Below, piece after piece: positions 40,353 through 50,910 of a stretch of 64,000 nucleotides of DNA. A program made the position numbers and the translations under genes. Source of the stretch: Eledone cirrhosa. Its lineage: Eukaryota. Numbering within the stretch: position 1 is the first letter of the stretch; every line of letters begins with the position of its first letter. Location: the NCBI GenBank assembly GCA_964016885.1, contig OZ024751.1, positions 10,354,001 to 10,418,000 on the forward strand, written 5' to 3'. The notes under the pieces were generated by a model. That model had not been told where the DNA came from and searched no databases. It worked only from the letters and a program-made list of their open reading frames with translations.

Positions 40353-42787
40353 GTGATAATAATGGTTTCTTATATAGGCACAAGGCCAGCAATTTCGGAT
40401 GAGGGGAAAGTCGATTAAATCGACCCCAGTGCGTGACTGGTACTTTATTTTATCGAACCCGTAAGGATGAAAGGCAAAGTTAACCTCAGCGGGATTTGAA
40501 CTCAGATCATAAAGGGTGTCCGATGGTGTCCGATGCACTACCGATACTGCCAACCCACTGTCCTTAATAATAATAATTGTTTCTACTTTTTACTTTCTAC
40601 TAGCACAGGGCCAGCAAATTACTCAGCGCATTACTGGTATTTTATTTTTTCAACCCCGTAAGGATGAAAGGCAAAGTTAACCTCGGCGAGATTTGAACTC
40701 AGAATGGCAAGGGCCGTAACTCTATGCGTCAAAGCATGGCGTCCGACCCTCTACCGATTCTGCCAATCCTGGATTTAAGCACACTTTATTTTATCAACCC
40801 CGTAAGGATGAAAGGCAAAGTTAACCTCGGCGAGATTTGAACTCAGAATGGCAAGGGCCGTAACTCTATGCGTCAAAGCATGGCGTCCGACCCTCTACCG
40901 ATTCTGCCAATCCTGGATTTAAGCACACTTTATTTTATCAACCCCGTAAGGATGAAAGGCAAAGTTAACCTCGGCGAGATTTGAACTCAGAATGGCAAGG
41001 GCCGTAACTCTATGCGTCAAAGCATGGCGTCCGACCCTCTACCGATTCTGCCAATCCTGGATTTAAGCACACTTTATTTTATTGACCCCCATAAGGATTA
41101 ACTGTATACATATTACAAAAAGTACTCTCAATACAATAGAAAAACAACACCAATAACACTGCAGCTAGCCAAGGCACACAGAGCTGTGCTCGATAATGCA
41201 GGTACAACACCCAATAATAATAACAGTAATGGTTTCTTCATTAGGCACAAGGTCAGCCAATTTTAGGGGAGGGGAAAGTCGATTAAATCGACCTCAATGC
41301 ATTACTGGTACTTTATTTTATCGACCCCACACGGATGAAAGGTAAAGCTAACCTTGGTAGGATTTGAACTCAGAACATAAAGGGACATAACTCTATACCA
41401 CAAAGCATGTTGTCTGAGACGCTACCGATACTGCCGAATAATAAAATAATAATAAATATAATACAATAATAATAACAATTTCTTTATAATAATACCTTAG
41501 GACTTTTAAATAATCACATACCCTCTCGTCCCAAATAATAAGGGGTGGGGGATTGAACAAGCAGGATGGGGTTAGAAAATAGAAAATTGGTAATTTTTCT
41601 AGGTTGTCTCCATTGATTTTTTAAAACCAGAATTAGTCGTTTAGTTTACATATTGAGACCCCATCCCATCCTATTTATTTTATAACATATGACATTTCTT
41701 GTAATGTACTTTTTGTCATGTATAATGTTTTTTAATGTATAAAGAAAATGAATTGTTGCAAGAATGCTACCAATTAAAATAAAATTTCACCGGAGATAGA
41801 TTAGCAAAATTTAATAAGCAGGCATTTGGGGAGTGTAATAAAAACGGGTATGGGGGGGGGGGGGGGGGAATAAGCAGAAGGGGGGGGGGGGGCGATTATT
41901 TGAGATCCGAGAGTACTACATAAATAGCTTTATTAGATACTGTATACATATTACCAAAAGTACTCTCAATACAATAGAAATAATAACACTGTATGTAGCC
42001 AAGGCACAGAGCTGTGCTCAATAATGCTGCAGTAACAACACACAATAATAATAATAATTGTTTCTGTTTTAGGCACAAGGGCAACAATTTTGTGGGGAAA
42101 GGGAAAGTCGATTAAATCAACTCCAGTGCATTACTAGTACTTTATTTATCGACCCTGTAAGGCAAAGCTAACCTCAACTGGCTTTGAACTCAGAACAGAA
42201 AGAGAGTTACCACTACATGCAACAAGGCCAGCAATTGGGGGGAAAGGAAATCGATTATATCAACCCTAGTACATTACTGGTGAAAGGTAAAGTTGACCCC
42301 GGCAGAGATAACAATAATAATTAAACAAATAAAACCTATAAAAAAAGAAAATATGTCAAAGAAAATACCACAAGGTATTGAGAGCTTGGTAAAGTCAGGA
42401 ATGAAAGAGAAACAGTAAAAGAAAATCTAGAAAAAAATATTTTTATTTATGATTTTAGAAACCTATCTAACACCTCCCCACCTTCCACATACTGGCAACT
42501 AGACAAATATACAGACCGATGCATAGGTAGATAGATGGTCAGACAGACACATATATATATATTTATATAGATATAACTGTCTGTTAGATATATATGTATG
42601 AAAAATTCGGGACCCCAGCAGCTGAGCTCCTACCATTTCAACAGCTAGATCCAGTTCAGATCTAACAGTTGAAACGTCAGGAGCTCAGCCATTGGGGTCC
42701 CAAATTTTTCATATTACCCACCTACTACCCCAAGCATTGAGTACTCTGGTGAGTCATGGTCTAACTGGTTTTTACTGCTTCCATTCT

Positions 42788-42818
<31 letters not shown>

Positions 42819-44121
42819 CATCATCATCATCATCACCGTTTTACGTCCGTTCTTCCATGCTAGCATGGGTTAGATGGGTTGTCCTGTTGTGGGCAGTGTC
42901 CAGTCACCTGACCTTGTCTTGCTCATACAGGAACTGATTCTGGCTTCATTTCTACAGCTGGATGCCCTTCCTAACACCAACCTCATTTACAGTGAGTGCT
43001 GGGTGCTTTTTTTCCGTGGCGCCTACACGACCACTTTACAGTGTGGGCTGGGTGCTTTTTTGCCGTGGCACCTCCACGACCACTTTGCAGTGGAATGATA
43101 GGGACCCCAGTCCCTATCATCTCATTTCTACAGCTAAGTAAACTGGAGCAATGTGAAAATAAAGTTTCTTGCTCAAGGAAACAACACATCACCCGGTCTG
43201 AGAATTGAACTCACAACCTTTCGATTGCAAGCCCAATGCTCTAACCACTAAGCCATGTGCCCTCACGGCAGAAATGACAAAGGAAAATGACAAGTGGGGA
43301 GATGCTGTGTGTATACATACACACACACACACACACATATATATATACTAATTTAAAGTATCATAATATATATAATATGTATGATGAATATATTTCTCAG
43401 CAGAAAAGCTCAATGGATATTTGTCCAGAGCATCAATAATTCACATTAAAAGATATATGTATATAGCCATATAGAGAAAAAGAGTCATATGTCATTAGAG
43501 AAACACATACTGCTTTTACATATATATAAAGCATATAATATTTTAGAAAAAGAGTTTTGGCCCTTTATGATCTGAGTTCAAATCCTGCCAAGGTTAACTT
43601 TGCCTTTCATCCTTACGGGGTCGATAAAATGAAGTACCAGTAATGTACTGGGTACTTGCTGGCCTTGTGCCAAAAGTAGAAACAATTATTTGTATCATAT
43701 ATATGTACAAAATATTATGTGATAACGACATATGGCTCTTTCTCTCTATATACATACATCATCATCATCATCATCATCATCATTTTACGTCCGCTTTTCC
43801 CTGCTTGCAAGGGTGGGACGAGAACTAATTCTGGCTTGATTTCTACAGCTGGATGCCCTTCCTAACACCAACCTCATTTACAGTGAGTGCTGGGTGCTTT
43901 TTTGCCGTGGCACCTCCACGACCACTTTGCAGTGGAATGATATGGACCCCAGTCCTATCATCTCATTTCTACAGCTGAGTAAACTGGAGCAATGTGAAAT
44001 AAAGTGTCTTGCTCAAGGAAACAACACATCACCCGGTCTGAGAATTGAACTCACAACCTTTCGATTGCAAGGCCAATGCTCTAACCACTAAGCCATGTGC
44101 CTCCATATATCTTTTAATTTG

Positions 44122-44161
<40 letters not shown>

Positions 44162-44859
44162 TCATCATTATCACCATTTTACGTCTGTTTTTCCCTGCTT
44201 GCAAGGGTGGGACAGGAACTGATTCTGGCTTGATTTCTACAGCTGGATGCCCTTCCTAACACCAACCTTATTTACAGTGAGTGCTGGGTGCTTTTTTTTT
44301 TCCATGGCACCTACACGACCACTTTACAGTAGGGGCTGGGTGTTTTTTTGCCGTGGCACCTCCACAACCACTTTACAGTGGAATGATAGGGACCCCAGTC
44401 CCTATTATCTCATTTCTACAGCTGAGTAAACTGGAGCAATGTGAAATAAAGTGTCTTGCTCAAGGAAACAACACACACCCCGGTCTGAGAATTGAACTCT
44501 CAACCTTTCGATTGCAAGCCCAATGCTCTAACCACACATATATATATAGTAATAATGATAAATGTGAAGACTAAAGTCCATATATATATATATATATATA
44601 TATCCAAAATTAAATTAAGGGAGTCATGACCGAGACATGTGCCATATCCACCGTAGAATAAGCTCAAAGATTCCAATGAATATATCTGAGCATTTTATAA
44701 CAACTAGAAATTGATTGGAAATACACGAAAGAAACGTTTTTATGTGCAACTTTGCTATCTATACTATTGCAATGATACACATTCCTTCTTTGATTACATA
44801 TATATATACATATATATATATAAACGTTTCTTTCGTGTATTTCCTTTTTTTGATATGAA

Positions 44860-44903
<44 letters not shown>

Positions 44904-46357
44904 GAAAAGAGTCAGGCCCCGACGGCTGAGCTCCAGCCGTTTAAAGAGCTAAATCCGAACATGGATCTAGCTGTCGAAACGGCAGGAGCTCAGCTGTTGG
45001 GATCCTGACTCTTTTCCTATCACCCACTCTACTACCCTAAGTATTTAGTACTCTGGTGCGTTATGGTCCACCTGGTTTCTTACCGCACCCTCTTTGTTAT
45101 ATATATAAAGCACCCAGCCCACATAGAAAAGTAGTCATGTAGGGGTCACGACAAAAAGCACCTAGCACACACTGTAAATCTGCTTGGCATTAGGAATGGC
45201 ATCCAGCCATAGAAACCAAAGCAGAAACAGTTCTATATGAGCAAGACACGGTCACCTGACCCAACTTGCTTCTAATGGGACAACCCGTCTAACCCATGCT
45301 AATGTGGAAAATGGATGTCAAACAATGATGATGATATATATACAGCCACAAATTAATCCATTTTGATACAAAGCTGCCTGAAGTTGCTCCTGCTGCACTG
45401 ATACAAAAGTGTTTTTTATATTTATCTAAAAAAAAACCTTCCATCATAATTTTATGTAGAAACTTTGTCAAATTATGTTCCCTGCACTAACTTACTAATG
45501 AGAAATTTGGTTATTTTACTGAACTCCCTTGAATTCTCGATTATTTTCAAAGTGATTTGAGAATCATAGGCTGTCTTGCATACGGTAATGAAAGTATGGT
45601 ACATAAAAGTTTTATTGGGGTTGAATACAAAACTTAATTTCATTTTACATATATACATAACATTACAAATTGCTCACAATTCTTTCAGAATGAAAATATA
45701 AACACATACAATGGTTTCTTATTTAGGCACAGGGCCAGCAATTTGAGAGGAGAAAGTCGATTAAATCAACCTCAGTGCATTACTGGTACTTTATTTTATC
45801 ATGATGAAAGGATAAAAGGCAAAGCCATCCTTGGCAGGATGTGAACTCAGAATGTAAAGGGCCATAACGCATATAATAAATACAATTAATTATTTACTAG
45901 GAACCCCACAAATATGACACGCCCAAAAATACGACCAGAGCAAGAGAAAGAAAATAAAAGAAGAATAAAAAGAGGGGAAACAAAAACGACCATCAATTCA
46001 CCACCAAGTGTGACAATCAGCCACACATCACAAGGGTTAACAGAATATTTTGAGGCAAGCCAATACATACATAGAAGTAGAAAACATTGTCAACGGCTGA
46101 CATTATATTTACAAGGTTCCATTACAGAAGAGAACAAAGGTAGATATTTGTGCTCACCTCATTCATCCTAATGAAACATTAAAGAAAAAATGTGTTTTTC
46201 TTCAATCTTGCAACCTCTTCTTTCTCCTAACTTTACTCTTATCTGATGAAGGACTAACATCTGATATGTTGAGACAATTATTTTTCTTTTCCAACAAGTG
46301 TGAAACTAATAAAATTTTGCATAATTGTGTCTGTGTGTTTGTCTTTTTTTTAAATCT

Positions 46358-46398
<41 letters not shown>

Positions 46399-46472
46399 TA
46401 TATATATATATATAAAATCATTGTTTATTATTTGCTTTTCCATGCAGGTATTGGTTGAATAAATATATATAA

Positions 46473-46541
<69 letters not shown>

Positions 46542-46550
46542 TTTATATAC

Positions 46551-46585
<35 letters not shown>

Positions 46586-46634
46586 CATACATATATATAC
46601 ATATATATATATACATACATACATATACATACAT

Positions 46635-46695
<61 letters not shown>

Positions 46696-46698
46696 TAT

Positions 46699-46731
<33 letters not shown>

Positions 46732-46885
46732 CATACATACATATATATATATGGAGGAAGTTATAGTTCACTTGAAGCATTGTGTAATGAGGTATAAACG
46801 TTTGTATATATATATATATATACATACATATATATATACATAGCCAATAATAAATGACAAAAGCCAATAATAAATGATGATTATT

Positions 46886-46978
<93 letters not shown>

Positions 46979-47019
46979 ATCATCATTTATTATTGGCTTT
47001 TCCATGCAGGCATTGGTTG

Positions 47020-47071
<52 letters not shown>

Positions 47072-47267
47072 CATATATAAATATTTCTAAATATATATAT
47101 ATATATATATATATATGATTAATTATTATACAATACAGGTGTAATACAGGTGTAATAATTTGAAGTGTTATGTAGAAAAATGACATGATTCTGAGGTACA
47201 AAATAAAACAGAAAATCTTACCCAGAACTGAGAAAAATATGGCAGCAAATATTAGAAGGAACCTCAT
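13374..47267 (-). CDS. Multi-exon gene (>=9 coding exons, >=675 aa): secreted protein with two 12-Cys DUF19-like domains and a Tyr/Asp/Asn/Arg-rich insert; last exon not determined
   Basis: Exons 47267-47222, 29076-28908, 28467-28340, 24647-23684, 20178-20033, 15601-15436, 14771-14644, 13988-13853 and 13516-13374 all have GT/AG boundaries. Intron phases alternate 1,2,1,2,... and the exons splice into one stop-free ORF beginning [22 protein letters not shown]. The Cys pattern is repeated twice. Confidence 0.88.
13853..13988 (-). CDS. Exon 8 (136 nt): [23 protein letters not shown]...MRYICG
   Basis: tattttatttag acceptor, gtaaat donor, phase 1->2. Paralogous to exon 4 without the insert. Confidence 0.88.
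13975..14430 (-). repeat. 39-bp minisatellite containing copies of the exon 8 splice acceptor
   Basis: Minus unit ttttatctagATATGACCAACTATCTGACTATGACCAAA versus true site ttttatttagATATGACCAAT. Confidence 0.88.
14511..14616. repeat. (AAG)n microsatellite; others at ~28568-28615, ~47605-47659 and ~51897-51968
   Basis: Direct reading. Confidence 0.97.
14644..14771 (-). CDS. Exon 7 (128 nt): [18 protein letters not shown]...[11 protein letters not shown]
   Basis: cttcctttcaacatgtag acceptor, gtaagg donor, phase 2->1. Paralogous to exon 3. Confidence 0.9.
14890..15390. repeat. Diverged ~65-bp tandem repeat in intron 6
   Basis: Repeated ctctgtgatataacccctcccact...ctaagctgtaactctcct...cctctcactaaaac. 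Confidence 0.75.
15436..15601 (-). CDS. Exon 6 (166 nt): [30 protein letters not shown]...LRNMCG
   Basis: ttttatatttgtcag acceptor, gtaagt donor, phase 1->2. Paralogous to exon 2 (C-x7-C...NMC). Confidence 0.9.
15630..16066. mobile_element. piggyBac-type MITE nested, inverted, inside another copy of itself
   Basis: The outer copy is split at its internal TTAA; the inner copy 15722-15950 is in the opposite orientation. Confidence 0.85.
16233..16871 (-). mobile_element. Vingi/Ingi-like LINE fragment with 5' inversion and 12-bp TSD
   Basis: Minus 16490-16250 encodes WVTLNRAR..G...LHKWG...C.C...QT..H followed by a (TGA)n tail. Plus 16490-16860 encodes [12 protein letters not shown]...ITG.LK.TP...LAGIPP. 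ATATATTCAGAT flanks both ends. Confidence 0.8.
17048..17084 (-). ncRNA. Minimal hammerhead motif (Penelope pLTR type)
   Basis: CUUUU-CUGAUGA-A-GGAC-CUAA-GUCC-GAAA-CGUU-GAAA. Confidence 0.6.
17279..17349 (-). ncRNA. Type I hammerhead ribozyme motif, intron 5 sense strand
   Basis: UCCAU-CUGAUGA-helix II (AUGCCAG/CUGGCAU)-GAAA-UGCGUA-UA-AUGGA. Confidence 0.7.
17436..17840. repeat. Compound (TA)n/(TACA)n microsatellite; large similar tracts at ~46360-47115, ~31520-31740 and ~52600-52930
   Basis: Direct reading; source of the IYIYIY ORFs. Confidence 0.97.
18260..18351 (+). ncRNA. Degenerate hammerhead motif (C3U)
   Basis: GCUUU-UUGAUGA...UACA-GAAA-CAUAUG-UC-AAAGC; helix I and palindromic helix III are preserved. 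Confidence 0.45.
19145..19835 (+). repeat. ~40-bp minisatellite (~17 units) expanded inside a family-B SINE
   Basis: Unit cacccagcccacactgt(t)aagtggtcatgtag(a/g)tgtcacaacaaaaag, running into the SINE 3' end at 19835-19990. Confidence 0.9.
20033..20178 (-). CDS. Exon 5 (146 nt): [18 protein letters not shown]...[11 protein letters not shown]
   Basis: ttcttttatttccag acceptor, gtatgt donor, phase 2->1. Confidence 0.9.
20215..20425. mobile_element. piggyBac-type MITE; further copies at ~58808-58975 (truncated) and ~61665-61864
   Basis: TTAACCCTTTAGCATTTA...AAATGCTAAAGGGTTA. Confidence 0.82.
23290..23490 (+). mobile_element. Penelope-like pLTR fragment with minimal hammerhead core at 23360
   Basis: CTGATGAAGGACTAGTATCTGAAACATTAAGA plus downstream similarity to 13250-13330. 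Confidence 0.55.
23684..24647 (-). CDS. Exon 4 (964 nt): DYQKFQKC...RHC + Y/D/N/R-rich insert + ...RTSICK
   Basis: Long polypyrimidine tract and tttatag acceptor; gtaagt donor; 320 open codons of non-microsatellite sequence (inside ORF 23680..24801); phase 1->2. Confidence 0.92.
26057..26365. repeat. 25-bp minisatellite
   Basis: aaatgaaagggttaaataagagtta, about 12 units. Confidence 0.9.
28340..28467 (-). CDS. Exon 3 (128 nt): [19 protein letters not shown]...[10 protein letters not shown]
   Basis: ctgtcttactgcag acceptor, gtatgt donor, phase 2->1. Same length as exon 7, with Cys at codons 9 and 17 in both. Confidence 0.9.
28908..29076 (-). CDS. Exon 2 (169 nt): [30 protein letters not shown]...FDNMCE
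   Basis: tttgtttcttttag acceptor, gtaagt donor, open frame, phase 1->2. Confidence 0.9.
29091..29885. repeat. 37-bp minisatellite interrupted by a SINE-A (29545-29735)
   Basis: caaatatatataatgtaagtatatatgtgtatatata units on both sides of the SINE. Confidence 0.92.
30320..31260. repeat. Diverged ~35-bp minisatellite
   Basis: Repeated acagctct(g/t)t(a/c)cttg(ttg)tatctacaaataaag. Confidence 0.8.
32572..32642 (-). ncRNA. Type I hammerhead ribozyme motif (Penelope-type), intron 1 sense strand
   Basis: UAUUUUAU-CUGAUGA-helix II (GCAAAUAUC/GAUAUUUG)-GAAA-UGCGCA-UA-AUAAAAUA: 8-bp helix I, intact core, palindromic helix III. Confidence 0.75.
33925..36556 (+). mobile_element. CR1-group LINE, degraded ORF2 (APE fragment + RT) with 3' UTR and (ATT)n tail
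   Basis: Motifs [77 protein letters not shown]; several frameshifts. Confidence 0.92.
36570..36893 (+). mobile_element. RTE 3'-end fragment with expanded (GAT)n tail; similar fragments at ~56170-56370 and ~62000-62250
   Basis: VEG.C..GQPRNNW..V...DL motif, tail ccaacccat..catggaa..cggac.taaa.cgatgatg. Confidence 0.7.
37937..39632 (+). repeat. ~1.7-kb degenerate (GGT/GTT/GAT)n trinucleotide array
   Basis: Direct reading; explains ORFs 37868..39706 and 37903..39672. Confidence 0.97.
40640..41090. repeat. Near-perfect 144-bp tandem triplication of a SINE-A segment
   Basis: acactttattttat recurs at 40781, 40925 and 41069. Confidence 0.9.
41519..41915. mobile_element. Probable MITE with imperfect TIRs
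   Basis: taccctctcgtcccaaataa ... ttatttgagatccgagagta inverted ends. Confidence 0.35.
42817..43265 (-). mobile_element. tRNA/CORE-type SINE family B (representative; resembles Octopus OR-type SINEs)
   Basis: Head ggcacatggcttagtggttagagc..gagttcaattc; CORE-like tccttgagcaag; aggaagggcatccagctgta; tail catgctagcatggaa..cggacgt.aaa(cgatgat)n. Copies near 21480, 32075, 32932, 37217, 43757, 44159, 45110, 55455, 56390, 57830, 58990 and 60770. Confidence 0.85.
47222..47267 (-). CDS. Exon 1 coding part: signal peptide [15 protein letters not shown](V)
   Basis: ATG, basic residue, hydrophobic core, then G|gtaaga donor (phase 1). Joins exon 2 to give a VCG|RSV cleavage-like site. Confidence 0.8.
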
Positions 47268-47297
47268 GTTATGCTCCTGATGTCTGATATCTAGCTT

Positions 47298-47334
47298 ACT
47301 GAGAAGTAACAATTCTGACGATTTCTCTTATATC
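47298..47334 (-). promoter_or_regulatory. Putative core promoter: TATA-like box (TATAAG) and TCAGT initiator
   Basis: Minus-strand TATAAG starts at 47332. TCAGT Inr has its A at 47300 (32-nt spacing), 33 nt upstream of the ATG. Confidence 0.6.
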
Positions 47335-47550
47335 AGGAAGTCTGCCCTGGGTTGGGGGAAAATACAACAATAATATACAACAACAACAACAACAACAAAA
47401 CTAAATAATAGAGGAACACTTTCATGTTTGTTTTCTGAAGTTATATATCTGAGTTGCGGCGGGGGGGGGGGGGGGCGTATTGTAGAGAAATAGGAGAGAG
47501 AGAGGGAGAGGGGATTCGTGAGAGAGAGAGAGAGAGAGATTGTGAGTGTA

Positions 47551-47597
<47 letters not shown>

Positions 47598-48555
47598 TGA
47601 GGCAGAAGAAGAAGAAGAAGAAGAAGAAGAAGAAGAAGAAGAAGAAGAAGAAGAAGAAGCCATTTATTTGCAAGCGTCTCATTGATTGACAGTCGGACTG
47701 TGTGACTGACTGAACTCAAAATTAGCCAAAATGTGATAAAAGAAGCGAAATAGTTAATTAATACCCTGGGTATAAAACTATTCCTACTACTGAAGGAAGT
47801 GAAAGCGGGGAGGAATGGGGGAGAGAAATTGAAGGCTGACTATGTGTTGGGGTGGGTGGTCTGCTTGGTGTATTGGTGGCTGGTTTTGGCTGATTGAAGT
47901 TATAAGTTGACCTCTTGGTGGTGTCTTGCCAAATTTTACATGTGAAATGTGAAAGAAGAAAAAATAGAAAGAAAAATAAGAAACTTGTTATAGTTGTTGT
48001 TGAGGCCTGAGTCAGCTGTCTTCTTCTTCTTCTTCTTCTTTTTCGCTCACTTATCCTGAGAGAGTTGTGGGAGCAGAGTCCTCAAAAACTCCTTCCAGCG
48101 GGTCCTGTCAGAAGCAACCATATCCAGCTAGATACCCAAGTGAGACCAGCCAGGCTCACAAATGTTATCCACACATCTGGTTAGATCCTCAAGCGTGACC
48201 TGCCAAGCTCATGGATGTTATCCAACCATCTTGCTCGGGGGGTCTACTCCTGGTTCACTTGCCAGTTGGATTTGCCTGTAAAATCTGTCAGCTGTGATCA
48301 ACAAAATCTATGATCAATATCATCAATCATATATTCCTCTGGTCATCTTTTTTATTTTTTATTTTCTAGACATTGTTCAATGTCTTAGCTCCATTTTAAT
48401 TGTTTAGATTGATCTGAAAGGTAATGGATTGGCAGAGTTATTATAACATGGATAGAATGCTTTGTGATATTTGTTCCAGTTCTCTGGGCTCTGAGTTCAC
48501 ATCCTACTGAGGTCAACTTTGTATTTCACAATTTCGAGGTTCATAAAAAAAAGTA

Positions 48556-50910
48556 CACCAACACCAACACCAACACCACCAACACGACCAACACCACCAC
48601 CAACACCACCACCGACACCAACACCATCACCACCAACACCACCAACATCACCACCGACACCAACACCATCACAAACACCAACACCACCAACACCACCAAC
48701 ACCACCACCGACACCAACACCATCACCAACACCACCAACACCACCAACACCACCACCTACACCAACACCAACACCAACACCACCACCAACACCAACACCA
48801 CAACCAACACCAACACCAACACCACCACCAACACCACCACCAACACCACCACCAACACCAACACCACCACCGACACCAACACCATCACCAACACCACCAA
48901 CACCACCAACACCACCACTGACACCAACACCAACACCATCACCAACACCAACACCACCACCAACACCACCACCAACACCAACACCACCACCAACTCCAAC
49001 ACCAACACCACAAACACCAACACCACCACCAACACCAACACCAACACCATCACCAACACCAACACCAACACCAGCAACAACACCACCACCAACACCAACA
49101 CCACCACCGACACCAACTCCAACACCAACACCAACACCACCAACACCAGCACCAACACCACCACCAACACCAACACCAACACCAACACCAACACCACCAA
49201 CACCAGCACCAACACCAACACCACCACCAACACCAACACCAACTCCAACACCAACACCAACACCACCAACACCAGCACCAACACCAGCACCAACACCAAC
49301 ACCACCACCAACACCAACTCCAACACCAACACCAACACCACCAACACCAACACCACCACCAACACCATCACCACCACCAACACCACCAACACCAACACCA
49401 ACACCACCACCAACACCATCACCACCACCAACACCAACACCACCACCACCACCACCAACATCACCAACACCAACACCAACACCATCACCAACACCACCAA
49501 CACCATCACCAACACCATCACCATCACCAACACCACCACCAACACCACCACCAACACCAACAACACCAACAACACCAACACCAACACCATCACCAACACC
49601 ACCAACACCATCACTAACACCATCACCATCACCAACACCAACACCACCACCAACACCAACACCACCAACACCACCAACACCAACACCAACACCATCACCA
49701 ACACCACCAACACCATCACCAACACCATCACCATCACCAACACCATCACCAACACCATCACCATCACCAACACCACCACCAACACCACCACCAACACCAA
49801 CACCACCAACACTACCAACACCATCACCAACACCAACACCACCACCAAAACCAGCACCAACACCAACACCAACACCACCACCAACACCAACACCACCAAC
49901 ACCAACACCAACACCACCAACATCACCAACACCAATGCCAACATCAACACCACCAACACCAACACCACCATCACCAACACCACCAACACCAACAACTCCA
50001 TCACCAACACCACCAACATCAACACCACCAATACCATCACCGACACCACCACCACCACCAACACCACCACCAACACCAACACTAACACCACTACCAACAC
50101 CACCAACACCAACACCACCCACACCAGCACCAACACCACCACCACCACCAACACCAACACCACCACCACCAACACCAACACCACCACCACCACCAACACC
50201 AACACCACCACCGACACCACCAACACCAACACCAACATCAACACCACCACCATCAACACCAACATCAACACCACCACCACCAACACCACCTACACCAACA
50301 CCAACACCATCACCACCACCACCAACACCACCAACACCAACATCAACACCACCAATACCAGCACCAGCACCAACACCAACACCAACACCACCAACACCAA
50401 CACCACCAACACCACCAACACCATCACCATCACCACCAACACCAACACCACCACCACCACCACCACCACCACTATCACCACCACCAACACCAACATCAAC
50501 TCCAACACCACCAACACCAACACCACCACCAACACCAACACCACCACCACCACCAACACCACCACCAACACCAACACCACTACCAACACCACCAACACCA
50601 ACACCAACATCAACACCACCACCACCAACACCAACATCAATACTACCACCACCACCAACACCACCTACACCAGCCCCAACACCACCACCACCAACACCAA
50701 CACCAACACCGACACCACCAACACCAACATCAACACCACCACCATCAACACCAACATCAACACCACCACCACCACCACCAACACCACCAACACCACCTAC
50801 ACCAACACCATCACCACCACCAACACCACCAACACCAACACCACCACCAACCCCAACACCACCACCAACACCACCAACACCAACACCACCACCAACACCA
50901 ACACCAACAC
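48556..50910 (+). repeat. ~2.35-kb degenerate (ACC/AAC/ATC)n trinucleotide array, reverse complement in type of 37937-39632
   Basis: Direct reading; explains the 800+ aa ORFs in several frames. Confidence 0.97.

Noticed and set aside
46418-47068. IYIYIY/HTHT ORFs here and throughout the window
   Set aside because: Translations of (TA)n and (CA)n microsatellites.
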